In this document: piece after piece, positions 13,266 through 28,200 of the stretch
Position numbering within the stretch: position 1 is the stretch's first letter
Layout of the letters: every line of letters begins with the position of its first letter
Assembly (NCBI RefSeq): GCF_964355755.1
Contig: NC_092671.1
Location: 15,500,001 to 15,564,000 of the forward strand
Direction of reading: 5' to 3'
DNA: 64,000 bases
Source: Antedon mediterranea
Lineage: Eukaryota; Animalia; Echinodermata
Program-made: the position numbers and the translations under genes
The notes under the pieces: model-generated
Told to the model about the DNA's origin: nothing
Database searches by the model: none
The model's input: the letters and a program-made list of their open reading frames with translations, nothing else

Positions 13266-16200
13266 TTAGGCATCACTTTTAAGGAAGTATACATTTCCAA
13301 GTTTGTCTCCGCAAGCGATGAATTTGCCGTGTTGTCTTTTGGTGGCTGCCATACTGGTTACAGGGGCCAGACAGTAAAACTGACCAATCTGAAGTATTTA
13401 ACAAAAACCATATTAGTCATAGTGTACTAGAAACAATTGAAGACACCAGGGTGCGTATCCAGCATTATAGATTAGGGGTGGAGGGGCTAAATATTTCATA
13501 AATGATAAAAACGATCTGCCGGGTTGCAGAAGTAGTCATTATCTTATTTTAAAAAGACATGGCTGTTCAATTTTAGGGGGGGGGGGGGGAAGCCTGATTA
13601 GCCCTGCCTAAATTCGCGCCTGTCACACTAACTAAATACTATTCAACAAGTCTACAATTAAAGAAAATATTTGGAACAGACAAGCAGATTAGTTACATTT
13701 TAACGGAAAAAAAATGTATACAAAAAAAAAGGGAAAAAAAAGAGGCAAATCACAGATATCTGTGTCTGTATATGCCCATATAATATGGACACAATGACAT
13801 CAATACCATATTTTGTCAAACTAATTTTATAGTGTGGACAAAGGTTAAGAGATTCAAAAGAATTTTTTTTTTTTCAAATTTTAAATAGATAAATTTTGTC
13901 TAGATACCAATACTTAAACTTATTGTTTACACCATAGAGATATGTTTACATGAATCCAAAAGTAATGTAAATATTAAATGTAGTATCTGTATCAAATAAA
14001 AACCAAAAATAATATTGCTGTTGATGCTGTTTTTTGCCAGAACATGATAATGAATTAATGCAAATCACACACTTAAATCAATAGTAGCCTACCTGTGAGC
14101 GTGAAGCTTTAGACCATAGCTTTACAGTTCCATCAAGTGAAGATGTTACATACACATCACCAAGGTTCACCAAATCTGTAACAGCACCTTTGTGGATCTG
14201 GGAACATTCCTTTAAAATAAATTGGAGTATTATTATTTCTTAAATAATTCAAATACAATTCTACAGGAGAATTTCTCCTTCGGGACACCCTTACTCATGG
14301 GAAACCCCTATTAACAGACTCTTTCAACTGAAACAAACGAGGGAAAACTTTATGTTTTATCACTTCAACCAACCTCTATTCAGTGGACACCCTTATATTA
14401 AGGGACACTATGTTGGAACCGGGAGATGAATCCTTTTATAGAGTTCTATTCTAATAAGGCATTCGCTTACACACCACAAAACTGATGAATAAGCGCCTTC
14501 GATAACTCCAGAGGACGCCATATTTACAAGGTAAATCGGGACAAAAAATTCCATCTAGGCCATAGCGCAGTGATGAAAACTTACATCATCGCGCTAGCCT
14601 ATATGGAAATTGTTGTCCCGATTGACCTTGTAAATATGACGCCCTCTGGAGTTATCGAAGTTGCTTATATGCACAGCAGTTTAGCATTAAGATGCATTAA
14701 CACTTGCTGTTCATCAATCTCTTTCAGTGTACATGATACAACAACATTTCATTTTCAACAACATTATTAATCTAAACACTTACAATTGCAGTGTGCTCTA
14801 TCGAGTCTGTATCTGAAACTACAAATAATTCTCCTGAATAGTTGCCAACCATAAAGACAATATCCTTCTTGTGACCACTGGACATATCGATGTCCACCAC
14901 TGTTGCCCACTCTGGGTCGGAACTGTTACTTAGATTGAAAGACAGTAATATCTAAAAATGGACAAATTAAGTTTGTTATTGTGTGAAAAAAAAGAAATTA
15001 ATGAAGAGAGGTATAAAATTATAACCTTTTAATTATACATAAAAAAGGTAATGTAACCTTCAAAATATGCACAGAAAAGGGGATTAGGTTCTGCAGAATT
15101 GAATAAATAAAACATACTGTACTGACATTGATATAGCCCATAATAATAACATGCAATTTAGTTTAATTTGTATGCTCAATATCCATTTTGATACATTATA
15201 TTTTAACCAAATATTGTGCTGTGAGGTGTAACATAAATGCACTTTTATATGCACTTACTGGTTTCTCTCCTTGAACTGCAAGTTGGGCATCACATGATAC
15301 TACAGCAAAATTCTCTTTGCTCCACATTTTGAGGCCTAACATTGAATCATTAATGCTGTTAAAAACAAAAAAAAGAACATTAATAGCTGTTCATTATAAA
15401 TATATTGTTTAGTGTCAAGTTCAGATATGTTTATTGTTACCATTGAATTTCATCTAATCACTTTATGAGGAATAGCCTAAGGCTCAAAATATGGAGGAAC
15501 AACTGGCAGAAATGACAGATGTTGTTGGTTGCATGTTATTGAACCAACCTCAAGGTCACATGTGGAGTCTGAACTCGTGATGTATATAACATACACCAGT
15601 GCACAGTATGTTATTCATAAACCGATACAATGAAACACAATACAGTAGATACATTTGCCTAACTATTTCCTTTTTCCTGACTATTATATTGAACATATTG
15701 TAACGTTGTATTTGTGTGAGGTTGTTGTACGTTACTTGAGTGGTGGATTCAACGCACTCCCGCCGTAAATAAAAAATCTGCTAAATCACTTTATCATAAA
15801 TGTTATCTTTATTCAAAAGGGTGTTGATATAAAAGCACATATAATATATCCAGTCTACCTGGATTAATCAAAGTTGATTTAAATTTTATTTCTATAATAT
15901 GTGATCCAAAAATCAGCTACAAAACTCCAGTATATATCAAAGATACTACGGTAATCTATTCTCTAACTTTTCTTTAAACTTTTCTTATCCTCCTTGCCAG
16001 TACATCCATATTTAAGAAACGATCCTATTTAATATGCATGTACTGGGAGGGGGACTATTTGGAAAGGGGAACATTTTCCTTGATGATGAGGAAAAAGCAA
16101 TTAGTGATAAAGGGTTGTTGACCTGATGGTCAGAGTGTTACACTATCATACTTACCCTAAGTTGTCCTTAATTATCTTGCACTCTCTTAGTTTTCCATTA

Positions 16201-19200
16201 ATGGTATTGTACACTTTGATTACATTATCACTGTACAACACACCAAGATCTTTACCAGGCAGAGGGGACATGGCTACAACTGAACACCCATTATTAATCA
16301 TGGATGATTTCCTACATTGTAAATAAACAGTTTTTTATTTATGCAAAATATAAATCAAAGCAATTGAACAATAACAATACTAATGATTTGTAACATGCAC
16401 TTCTCTCCACCATTATTGTCGAAGACACAATTTTCAAATTTAGGGAAATGTAGTGTAATACACCATATCCTATCCCCTTCACAGTTCATATAGAGTATAA
16501 ATTGGCCGATAACTGTTGAATTTGAATCTTTAATGTTGCATGTAATGTGTATTGTGGAACATGAACCTGATATACTATGGTGTTCCTTGCCAAAAAGGCC
16601 TGAGGAAAATTTAGATTTCTCTTATTAAACTTGTAAACCTACCTCAATTTATAAATTCCACTGATGTTAAGCACATTCCAAAGGGTTACAGCTCCCATGT
16701 TGTCTCCTATGGCAACCAGATTATTTTCAATGAAGCAAGTAGCTGTCAAAGCTTTTTCAGAAACCTTAATTTAAAAAAAAAAATTTTTTTTAAATAAAAT
16801 TTAGTCTACTAGAGGGTGAGCTCGCTCCCCCTCTAGGAAGTGTAGACGATGGTTCTCGGAATGATAATGTTCTCCTTATACGTTTTCTGTCGGTTACCAT
16901 TATTGAAAATGCTTGACATTCGTAAAACTAAACTACTTTGTTTCACAGTGTTTTAGATGATTAATAACATTTTAAAGTATAGTTTTTATTGTTTGGTAGG
17001 GCCCTTTGGGGAGGCGGAGGTCATTTGAGGGAGGTGCTTATTCGAGGGATATATGTTAAATTTTTTAGTTTTAATAATATGGTAATACATTTATAATCAA
17101 ATGAAATCCTCTAATACAGTAGATATGAAAAGTGGTAAAAAAGAATAACAAATGTGGGGGGGGGGGGGGGTTATTATTCAAAGTGATGTTTTATTGGAGA
17201 GGCGTTTATTCAAATGAATACCATCCTAATAATTATTAATACATTATTTTATTTAATCATCTTTTGAAACTGCCGTAACAGAGTGGGCCCAAGAAAGAAG
17301 ACATTACGGCTTGCAACATGGGCAGACATCTCGGTCCTAACGGGACACAGGAAGATATAGCCTACAGTTATTCCTGCAAGCTTCCTCAATAAAACTCAGC
17401 TATCGGGATTTCACTCGAAAAATGTCTTATCATCAAATCTCCCTATGTAATTTTATAATACTATTCCCCACAATATATTCTGATTCTTTATGACATATAT
17501 TTAATTTGATCTTTATTAATTTGCAGTATAATTTAACTACTGTACCTTCACACCTAAAATAAACAAAAAACTGAAATGGCTATGACTAATGGCCAACTTA
17601 AGCTGCACTCCTACTATCTGATTTTTTTTTCATCTTCCAAAGGGACACTGTATTGATTGATGGAAAGTGCCTGTTTCCAGTCACCTTTAGGGTCAAATCT
17701 ATTATTTTAACTGCTCCCTTGTGTTTAAAAGAGAGAAAATATTTGAAACTAAGGTTGTTGCAAGGTGAACTTATCTTAAACCCGGAAATAACTTTGACCG
17801 GGAAGAATTGAAATTGAGAAGAAAATCTAATGTTGAAATCATAAATGTTGTTAAAAAACTCTTTATAATATCTTCCTAAGATATAAATATGGAACAATAG
17901 CGTCGGCGTGCACACTAATGTTATCAAATCTACGTTTCGCGGTACATCTCGGATAGATAAGGTAGGTATCCAAGGCGGAGATTTGTACCGAAGTTTTTGC
18001 ATTGTGCTCGCCTATGTCAGAATTAACCATAATTTATATATAGATATGTCTGCTTGTATTTCTACATTACACTTGACATTTAATTTTCACTAGGTTTTAC
18101 CTTTTTTTTCATCTCAATTAACATCCGGTCACTTTCACCCATTTTTATTTATAAATGCCATTTGCTTAGCAATGGATGCAAACTGGGGATTTTTACTCCA
18201 AGAGTTTTAATATATTATCAGTCTGTGGTCCATGGGTTGTTGTTTTTATATTAATATAAAATATATTGTATTTTTGTATATGTATACTGATTATGAAATA
18301 AAGAATAAATGAAGTGAATATATAAATCTAGAGTAATGAGAATTTCGCTTCACTATAAAATATATGTTCAATTTAACGATTTAGCTTTTTGCTTACAATA
18401 TATGTCCTATATGTTACGTTTGACCATTAAAAATATTACTGCAATTAGTGCACAAATGGCAATTCTAATTGAAAAAAAAACCTATTTACATGTATACACG
18501 AGTGTTAATATGGATTAGAATACTCCATTAGGTTAATCTTGGCAATGGAAATTGACCTTTTACAATATACATGTACACAAGCATGCTACAATTACGGCAT
18601 GATCATAAAGCTAACAGATATATCTATAAACAGAGGACTGTAAAACACACCTTTATACAGGCATCTTGGACTGGATGTGTGGATTCTTGTTCTGTCAAGT
18701 TCCATACAGCAGCTTGTCCATCTCTAAAATAAATGTAATATTTGAAATATAATAAAATCTACTAGAATATTAAATAATTTCAGATCAAATTGTAAATAAT
18801 TTGAAAATACTGTATATATATATATATATTGAAAAGGATAAGTCATGCACTTTTGATTCTTGAAAATAATGTAAAAATAGATTAAAAAGTTGAATTCTTA
18901 GTAGATGTGTTCTGACCTTTATTTGGAGTTACATAATATATTGTTTCTGTGGTCTAGGTATGAATGCCAGGCTAGTGACTGGAGGTCATGGGTTCGAATC
19001 ACACCCAATAATTAAGTGTTTTCAATATGTACTTTGCATTAATATGTACAATAGTATGCAAGAGTATGGCAAACCTCTGCTCAATTAATCAAAAAGATAT
19101 AAAAAGACCGTACCTTCCTGTAGATATGGCAATAGTACCATCAGGTGAGAGTGCCATAGCTGTGACCTCTCCATTATGACCTTGCAAAGGTTCAGTGTCC

Positions 19201-22200
19201 GCATCCACTTGATATTTCCAAAACTTGATGGTCTTATCCAGAGATGATGTCACTAATTGACCATCCTTGCCCACTGCCACAGATGTCACTCGGTCTGAAT
19301 GTCCAGTAAGAGTGGATAATTCATTACCCTGTTAAAAAAAAGGAAAGCCAGGCTTTGTGGATGATGATCATACTAATTTTATTTCATTCTTCATGGAAAT
19401 TTGTTGCTACATGATATATATAATACATACATACATACAATTCAAAATATAATTTCTAAACAATACCTGCAAAGGCTTCCAAAACTGAACGGCGCCTCCA
19501 TCAGTTGCAATTGCAAGGAGGACATCTTCCATCATCACCTCTTTGTCTTTCACTTTATCAAGTTTCTTTGTGCTGTGTGTGTCCTTCCATTCATTTACAA
19601 GACTCTCTGTTACCCATGATGACTTAATGCTGAAATCATCATTCTCAAAATCGAGCAGCTCTGTTTCTTCTATTAAAGAAAGTAAAAATATTTTTATCAA
19701 TCATTTTTTGTAAGTAAAAAGTATTTTGCAAATTTTTGTGTGTCACGCAGAATAATTCAAATTTGGTTTTCAAGAAACTGGTAAAGACAACAACAAACCT
19801 ATTTGAGCTTTGACCCTGATATTGCAGGAATTGATCCTTTGTTGCTGTGGATTGATAGTTGTAATCTCAACTCCTCTCTTGCTCCAAACTTTTACTGTAC
19901 CATCAGTACTTCCAGATACAATGCAACCAGACTATAACAAATGTAAAATTCTTTAAATTCTGTTCAAATATGAAACGAATACAAACTATTTGAATATGAC
20001 ATACTACTGTATACATACATCAAATGCAACTGAATTCACACTGCTTTGATGACCTTTGAACTCCTTTTTCACCTCTTCATATTTCTGCATGTCCCACAAC
20101 TTCAGGGTGAAATCATTTGATCCTGTGACCTATACAAAATAATACATGTTTATATAAAATTATATATATAAAAAGGTTTTTTTTAGTATTTACAAACAAA
20201 TTATTTTTATTTAAAAAAAGTATTACATATTAACATTTTGTATAATGTTAATATTAAAGACCCCTTCCCTGCAATTTTGGACGTTTTTTGGAAAATAATA
20301 CATATATATCACTTTCAAAACATTAAACCATGTCATTCCTTGTCTTAAATGTACGTTTTATGGTAAATTATGATAAAAAGTGAGAAACAATGCACTACCT
20401 AAGTAGCTCGCGGCGATCGACCTCTCGTGGACGGTCTTAGGCCTAGCTGGTAAACATCGGTAACGTACAAACATCGTACGCTAGCTATATACCTAGCCTG
20501 ACGTTGTATAGTTGCAGCATTAATTGTCTTTCTATTTTTGCCAGACTCCGTTGATACAAATTGGAGAAAACCCGGTATTTTCGCTGAAAAGTTAGGAGTC
20601 TTCTATTTGTTTTGGCCTCACGATCGATCGAAAAGTGGGTGAATTACAGGTGAAAAACAAAAATATCAATCCGCGCGCAATGCATTTTGGGATTTATAGC
20701 GGGCCGCTATAATTATTAGAATCGACTTATTTTTCACATTTTTAACCGTTTAAAGACGAAAAAAGTTATCGCAATAGGACCATATAGTATTATTTTTACA
20801 TTAAATATAGTTTGTGATCTTAAATTAGATCTAAAAAACGTAGGGAAGGGGGCTTTAATAGTTTTCATTAATATTTAAAGTTTAAATAGTTTACTTACCA
20901 CCATATCATCCTTGTCAGACCATGCACAGCAATTTATCCAGTCTTTATGACATGCATTTAAAGTCTTAATTGGTGGAGCATTGCCGTTCCTTTTCACTAG
21001 TTTTTCAGTATCCCATACAAGTAAAGACTATACAGATAAAGAATAAATGGATATATACATGATTAATGCAAAAAAAAGATGATTCAGCCTTCTACCTGCT
21101 AATTTATTGTCGAATCTGAACTGAACATCCCATGAGTTTAAATTCATCCCCCATCACCCCCCTTACACCAATCCAGAACAATAAAAGTAAAGATTATTGT
21201 TGTTTATTTATTTCACTTATATTAATTATTATAATAACAATAACAATAATCATAATAACAACAATTACAATAATTAAAAAATAGTAACTACAACAGAATG
21301 ACTATAATTTTTATGTGTTTAAATTTTAAATGTAAATATGTATATGTTTGTATGATGTAGTATGTTTAAGCGGATATTAACCCTTGATGGCATTTGCAGC
21401 AATAAAGAAATTGAATTGAATTGAATTGAATTGTTATAATACAAAAATTTGAAATATGCTAATTTCTCTTACCATATCTCTACTTCCAGTGACAAACTTT
21501 GACCCATCAGCATTAAAATCAACACAGCTGATTGGAGCAGTGCAGTTTGTGTAAATTTTACAAAGCTCAGAAATTGAGACCCTGAAAAATCAATATTATA
21601 TAATGAACATGATTAAAACATATTATTTATAACAGAAATAAATTATTACTAAACAGTACACGTAATATTCGGTAATAATGTATGCTAATGATTACAAGAA
21701 GATAGCATGAATAAACGGAAAGAAAAATAATGAATAATGTAGGTGGATAAATGAGATGATTTGAGATTGAATAATGGATGAATGATGATTGCATGATAGA
21801 CAAGTTTAGCTACCTGTTTGATGGACGTTGTAATGGAATTTTCCACAAGTAAATTACTGCATTTTCACTTGTAGCCACGACAAAGCGCATTCTTTGACTG
21901 TAGGCTCCAGCTAAAAGGGCTTTACCTTCAGCTCCTTGCAGTTCTCTACTCATGTCACCTGATTTGTTTGTCATCTAAAAAATAATGTCAATAGAGAATA
22001 AATTGTATGTGATTTGATATGAAACATTTAAAATCTCAACCCAAATAATCTCACTTGTTATATTGACAATGTTAACCATTTTGGAAGTAAAATAGATTTT
22101 ATTTCTTACCTATTGATAGAGATAATGATTACTATATTGTTAAGTTCTGTCTACACGATGTGATGTGCCCATATATTTCATTTCAATTATTTCGTCTCAC

Positions 22201-25200
22201 ATAATAATTATTATCATTATATAATTAAATTATAACAAAAAAATAACAAACAATAGAGAGAGACAGGATTCCAAAAAGCGAACTAAATCAAACTATCAAG
22301 TGGGTCTCCAATATGGACACGATGATGTCATATCACTACCATATTTGTGTATATCTTTACCATATTTGGGCACATCACACTTTTTTTTTCAAACTACTTT
22401 GATAGTGTAGACAGAGCTTAAGAATGATATCAACTTACTCTTAGTTTGCCAGCTGCTGAGCCAGTCAGAATCTCAGGACCATCGGTAGTAGACACCAAAC
22501 ACCAAACCACAAAGTTAACCCTCTCTTTGTACAAACTCTTTGACCATTCTTCAATACCAGTAGACAGATCAAACAATCGAACCTCACCACTGTGGTAGCC
22601 CGCAGCAGCATACTGGCCATATGGACTAAATGACACACTAGTTGCCCCACCAAGCTCTTCACTCTCAAATGTTGTTACATGTCGTCCCAGTTGCCCAGAC
22701 CAAATCTTAAAATTAAAAAAATAGCAATCTTATACAAGTACACAAAACCCAATTCACAGGCATAGAAAAATCTATAGAGATGTACATGAACAAACTACAA
22801 AATATTATTTTGTAAACCAAAATAAATACCTTAATTTTCTGATCATCACTAACAGTAATCAGTTCTTGTCCAGCAGTTGAAAAGGACAATCCATTAATTG
22901 GCATAGCATGGCCAGACAGTGTCCCCACCTAAAATATGAAGAGTAAGCACCTTATTGACAATAGAAAATAAACAATTTTGCATACCTGGCTTGAATTTAT
23001 ACAGGATGAACTGCTTGGAAATACATAATAACAAAGAGTATAGAGGTGGTACATTGTGTTCTCAATTAGAAATATTAAGCTCTGTCTACACTATCAAACT
23101 AGTCTGACAAAAAATGTGATGTGCACAAATGTGGTAGTGATATGCTCAAATATGGTAGTGATATGACATCATCATGTCCATATATGGGCACCTCAAATTT
23201 TGTTGTCACATAAAATTTGATAGTGTAGACAATGTTTTAAACAGAGTATAGAGACTTATTAAATAGATGATTTAAATTTCTATTGATTCAAATAATAATG
23301 TTTTTAACTGTTTTATACATTCATTTCTTACCTGGGTGCCATTGTCTGCAGACCAAAGCTTGACAGCTCCACATAGAGATGCTGAAGCTATGTGACGACC
23401 CGAAGGAGAATAAGCCAAGTCACGAATGGCTGAAGTGTGTCCTCTTAAGATCTTGAAAAAGATATATATACACACTATACAGATGCATGTTAATGTATTT
23501 ATGTATGTTATATATATATAAGTTCATATGAGCTGCTAGTTTTTTTAAATTCTAAATCCTATTTCTTGTAATTTTTTGTTCAAACCAAAATATAATGCAA
23601 ACGAAAATATCAAATAGAATACTTACAGCAAGTCTTTTCATGTTCACAATATCAATTATTACAATGGTTGAATCCCAGCCTCCGAATGCAACTTTGTTTG
23701 ATTCTGGATGTAAGGCAGCACAGTTGATTGGATTTGATGAGCGGTATTCCCTAAGATATGACCCATCTTTTGAACTCCAGACCATTAACATACAATCCCA
23801 TGAAACGGACACAAGCAGATTTTCCTTAGCACTATATACACAGTTACTCACTCGTCTCTTGTGCTTTGTCATTCGACCAATTCTGCAACAATATCAAGAT
23901 TCTAATTTATATTGTATTTAAACACAATCTAAAACTATCTCACTATTAAACAATACGTGTTTTGGATGATTATAAGTCATTATTAATTATAAAACTATTC
24001 CTATATTAAAACATTAACAGGAAAATTTATTCATAATTATTCAAAATATTTACCTATGGCCTTGGCTGACATTCCAAAGGCACAGTGTGCCATCCAAGGA
24101 TGAGCTCACCAGATGTGTATTGCCAACAAAGCAGCAATGAGACACTGTATTAGAATGACCTGAGAATGACATCAATTCCATGCCTGTTTCCTGCACATAT
24201 AGCCTGACTGTACAGTCTTGACTGCCAACGGCAACTAACTTGTTGTTTGGAGACGTGGAAATACATGTGATGTCCTGAAATAAAGTAGATAAAAGTTGTT
24301 AGTAACAGTAAATGTTGGTAACAATACAAAATTTTCATAAGAAATATATGAACACACAACAAATCAGTTTCAGTCAATATTGTATAATGTAAAACCAGAA
24401 AAATAAAATATACCTTTGTAAAACCAGGCAATGTTCTGCTACATGAATGAACTCCTTCATGTTTATTTTGCCAGATCAACAGTCGTTTTTTCAAAGATGT
24501 ATCCAGATTCTCGATGACAGGTTTAACTGTCTGATGTACAAGAGAATCTGAAGATTCATTAATGGCTTGCTGCCATGTAAGAGACGGGATTCCTGCTATG
24601 ATGTGGAGATTCCTAGAGACAAAATCTTTGAAAGCCTAGAAAGAAATAGTAATATTATTTGTTTTATTTTTTTCAATATCATAGTGATATGCCATATTTC
24701 ACAGTGATGTAATGATGTAACCACAAGAAATTAAGTGGTGTGGTTTTCGCAAGAAAAGGGAACAATCTCTGTTTAAGCCACTGGGTTGTCAAAGGCCTAT
24801 GTGAAAAAGTGGTCAGGAAATCAAATTCAACAGAATTAAGAATTAATTTATGAATAAATAGCATAAGAAGAAATACAATTTTCTTGCTATAAACTTACAG
24901 TAACTTGAGGTGACTGAAGAAACTTTTCCTTTTCTCTTTTAAACTGTAGAGAGTTTGGTTTTCCTTCTCCTAAGAAATCTCCCATAAGTTGTGTTGCCAG
25001 GCCTAGTCTGCATTTAGCTTGGACAAAGTTTAGATTACAAAGAGTAGTGGCTAGGTTTGAGTACATGCCACAACAGGTTAAATGGTATGGTAACTCTGTG
25101 AAGGTATGTGATGATCTGCCTTTCCATGTACCATTCCTATCTGGATCTGCCTGTGTATGGTAAAAAGCTGAAATATACAAAAATAGGCCATTATATTTGT

Positions 25201-28200
25201 TATGTTTGACTTTTAATATTAAAAACAATACTATTTGGTTCAGAATCTCACCTGCCAAAAGTCTATGCAGGACCAACTCAAATTCCATTGCGGTTCCTCT
25301 TAAGTATCGCTGACGGATTGCTTTCTCAAATTCCCCATGACCAAGGCTAAGACGTCCAAGACTTTAGAAAAAAAAACAAGTAAATAATAATCTACAATTT
25401 CCTAATATTTTTACATACGCATACAGTTTGGCAACGCTACTACCAACATTATTACGCTAGCTTTGCCGAGATATTTTAATATTTACTAACCCTTCTTCGG
25501 CTATCGGCTGTAAAAACGTTTGCAGGCTACGTAAAAGTTGTCTGTATGTAGCTTGTGGCATTAGATCTTCTGCAGAAAGTTGTACATTCATAACATCGTG
25601 AAACTTGTACTTGTTACTATGGAGAATCTTGTGAATGCTCAGTAGCTGGTGTAGTTCATCTTCATATAGACCTGAAGGAAAAAACATACTTTATTCTAAT
25701 ATGTTACTTTTACAAGGGGCAGTGGTGTAACGCAGAGGGCAAAGGCGCCTGGTTTAGCACTCCTAAGGGCCCCTCAAACGATGGGTGTTTTTATTGGGAC
25801 TGCTCTCATGCTCAGGGGCCCCCTAAGCTCCTGTTTTTAGCCAGTGAGTGCTCATGGCAATTATGCTATTGACATGAACAATAAAGGAATGAAAAAGGAT
25901 GTGGAATAGTAATCCTAAACAAGAAATTATTTTTCATGAGATCAGTAAATTCTTGATACTTGTATACTGTATACATGGTGTGATACATACCGTTCCTGGC
26001 ACAGACCAATAAACATAGAGATGTTGAGATAGTGTCTTTACTGAAGTCATTCTCCAGACGTTGGAAGATGTCTACCAGCAAAGAGCTCACTGTCTGTGAC
26101 ATCGACTTCAACTTCTTTGAAAGCTAAATAATAATGAACGAAACTATATTACAAACAAGTACAAGTGTTTCTAAACCTTGAAGTGGGGCTACTCTATAGT
26201 ATCAACATGTAAATTAGTGTAATAAGATACATTGTTTAACAGCATGTGGATAAACAATTTATTTCATAAACCAGTAATAGTGTAGAAGTCTTGTAATACA
26301 GTATGTATAGTAGTACAGTAAATGTGTCAGAAAGGTAGTGTTATAACTGAGAGGGCTACCCTATCAAAATAAAATGAATAATAGAATGATCTTTGTACCT
26401 CCTCAAATACACCAAACAAGCGGATTTCTTCACAGGCTAAACTCAGATAAAGCGGCAAGTTTGCTTCGCGTTTAGCAGTCAGTATTTTCAGCTGGTTATT
26501 GAAGGGCGATTCGTCAAGAGTCTTTCCATAAACTGATAAAGTACTGCGAATCATCTCAGCTTTCTCCAATATGTCTAAAGGTGGCAGAGCGATGATGGAA
26601 CAACTCTCACGTTGCCGCCTCAACAATGCTTTGTGACTTATTGAGTTCTCTTGGCAACTCACAACAAAGATGACATCCTATGAATAAAAAGATCTTTATT
26701 GGTGAAATGGAAATATAAAAGATTACTGAGGAAAGAAAAGGAGGAAGACCAAATGCTAAAATGGATGTTGTTTGGGAAGAAGAAGCAGGAGATAAATAAA
26801 CATAGAAGAAAGCTATTAAAGGGAAAGAAAGATACTGAAAATCATGTAAAATAAATAAAATTTATATCTAATTTTAACTATTATTAACTATAAATTAGGA
26901 TTAGGTATAAACAAAATCATGTAATTATAAAACCTATATGAAAACTGATACATAAGAACATCTTTATCAAACCTCTGGAATATTCTCTGGAATCCATTCC
27001 AGGTTCTTTGGTTGGTTATCATCCTCTAGATCATCTACTCCATCTATGAATATTTTAACTGGAGCTGATTCATAGTGGGATGCTGCTCCCTTCAAAAATT
27101 CTGAAAACTCTTCACATAAACTTCTGCAAATAAAGCATTCCATATGTCCAGAAAACGTAATATAGGAAGGTGCTATACTAAATTTATATATAGTGTAATT
27201 AAAAGAAATACGAAACCAATATACAAAATGATTTCTTTCACTGCTTTTGCATATCATTGGTTGTATTGTATTCTACAGACAGTACAGCGGTAAGTAAGGT
27301 AGATATATCTTACTTATAATTATCTGGAATTCTACGATTCAGTCCAAAGCTTGAATTAAGTTGAAAGCAGACGTGTTTAAGTAAGCTTGTGATGTTACCA
27401 GGTGCTGCTCCAACATAGTGTACAACAACCATATTATGTTCATCCTCTAATATACATTCCCTACACTTCTTAGCAAGTGAGGCCTAGAAAATACAAATAT
27501 TAATCATTAACAGCCTATTTTGTGTGTGTTTGTGTGAAGCAGCCTGCCATGAGTATAAGGTAATCAGGCCCGTATCCAAGTCCCCCAAGTCCCAAAAGGT
27601 CCACTATTTCCTCGGTTGGTATTTTTTCTTGTCTTGTTTAACTAAAGACAATATCATTATATATATACAAAATTTACATTATCAATGGTACACAAACAAA
27701 AATATGCTAATATAAAATGAAAAAATACCGGTAATTAAATTACGGAATCTGAACGGACTACAAACTCGATGTAAAACATGCGCAGTCGATCATGTGACGA
27801 CAAGCAATAGCTTAGCGCTTCATGTACGCGGTACGCGGTAAAGTGTTTGCTGGAAATACAGACAACTTAACCGGCGGTAAAGACGTGTCTGGAAATACAG
27901 ACACTATCGAATACGGCGCCTAAACAAGGGAAGGCCAACTCAGACAGCGTCGTACGACGCTGTCTGAGTTGGTCTCATCATGAAAGCGTTAAGTTCTGGT
28001 GTCCATCGTTCAACTAGCCCAAGCCACAACAGAGAGTCTTAAATCAGTCTTTAGAACGTCAAATAACGCAAATTTTGCCAGTGCCTTCGGCCCCTGGACC
28101 CTGGCCGGGGGCCCTTGGCGGCCCCCTGGCCCCCAGCCATTGTTGCTCGCTTCGCTCGCATCCCCCCATTATAAATGCTGCATACGGGCCTGGTAATGTA

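Noticed and set aside
16081-16126. TGATGA...CTGA C/D-box-like motif pair
   Set aside because: Antisense to the host TEP1 intron, too short, and no terminal stem or recognisable guide
17598-18093. 134-aa and 61-aa ORFs in a TEP1 intron
   Set aside because: No recognisable domain; not needed for the TEP1 frame; probably decayed repeat or chance
18945-19006. Functional tRNA or vault RNA gene inside TEP1
   Set aside because: Degenerate A box, no acceptor or terminal stem; best explained as a SINE head (a similar relic lies at ~29210-29262, minus strand)
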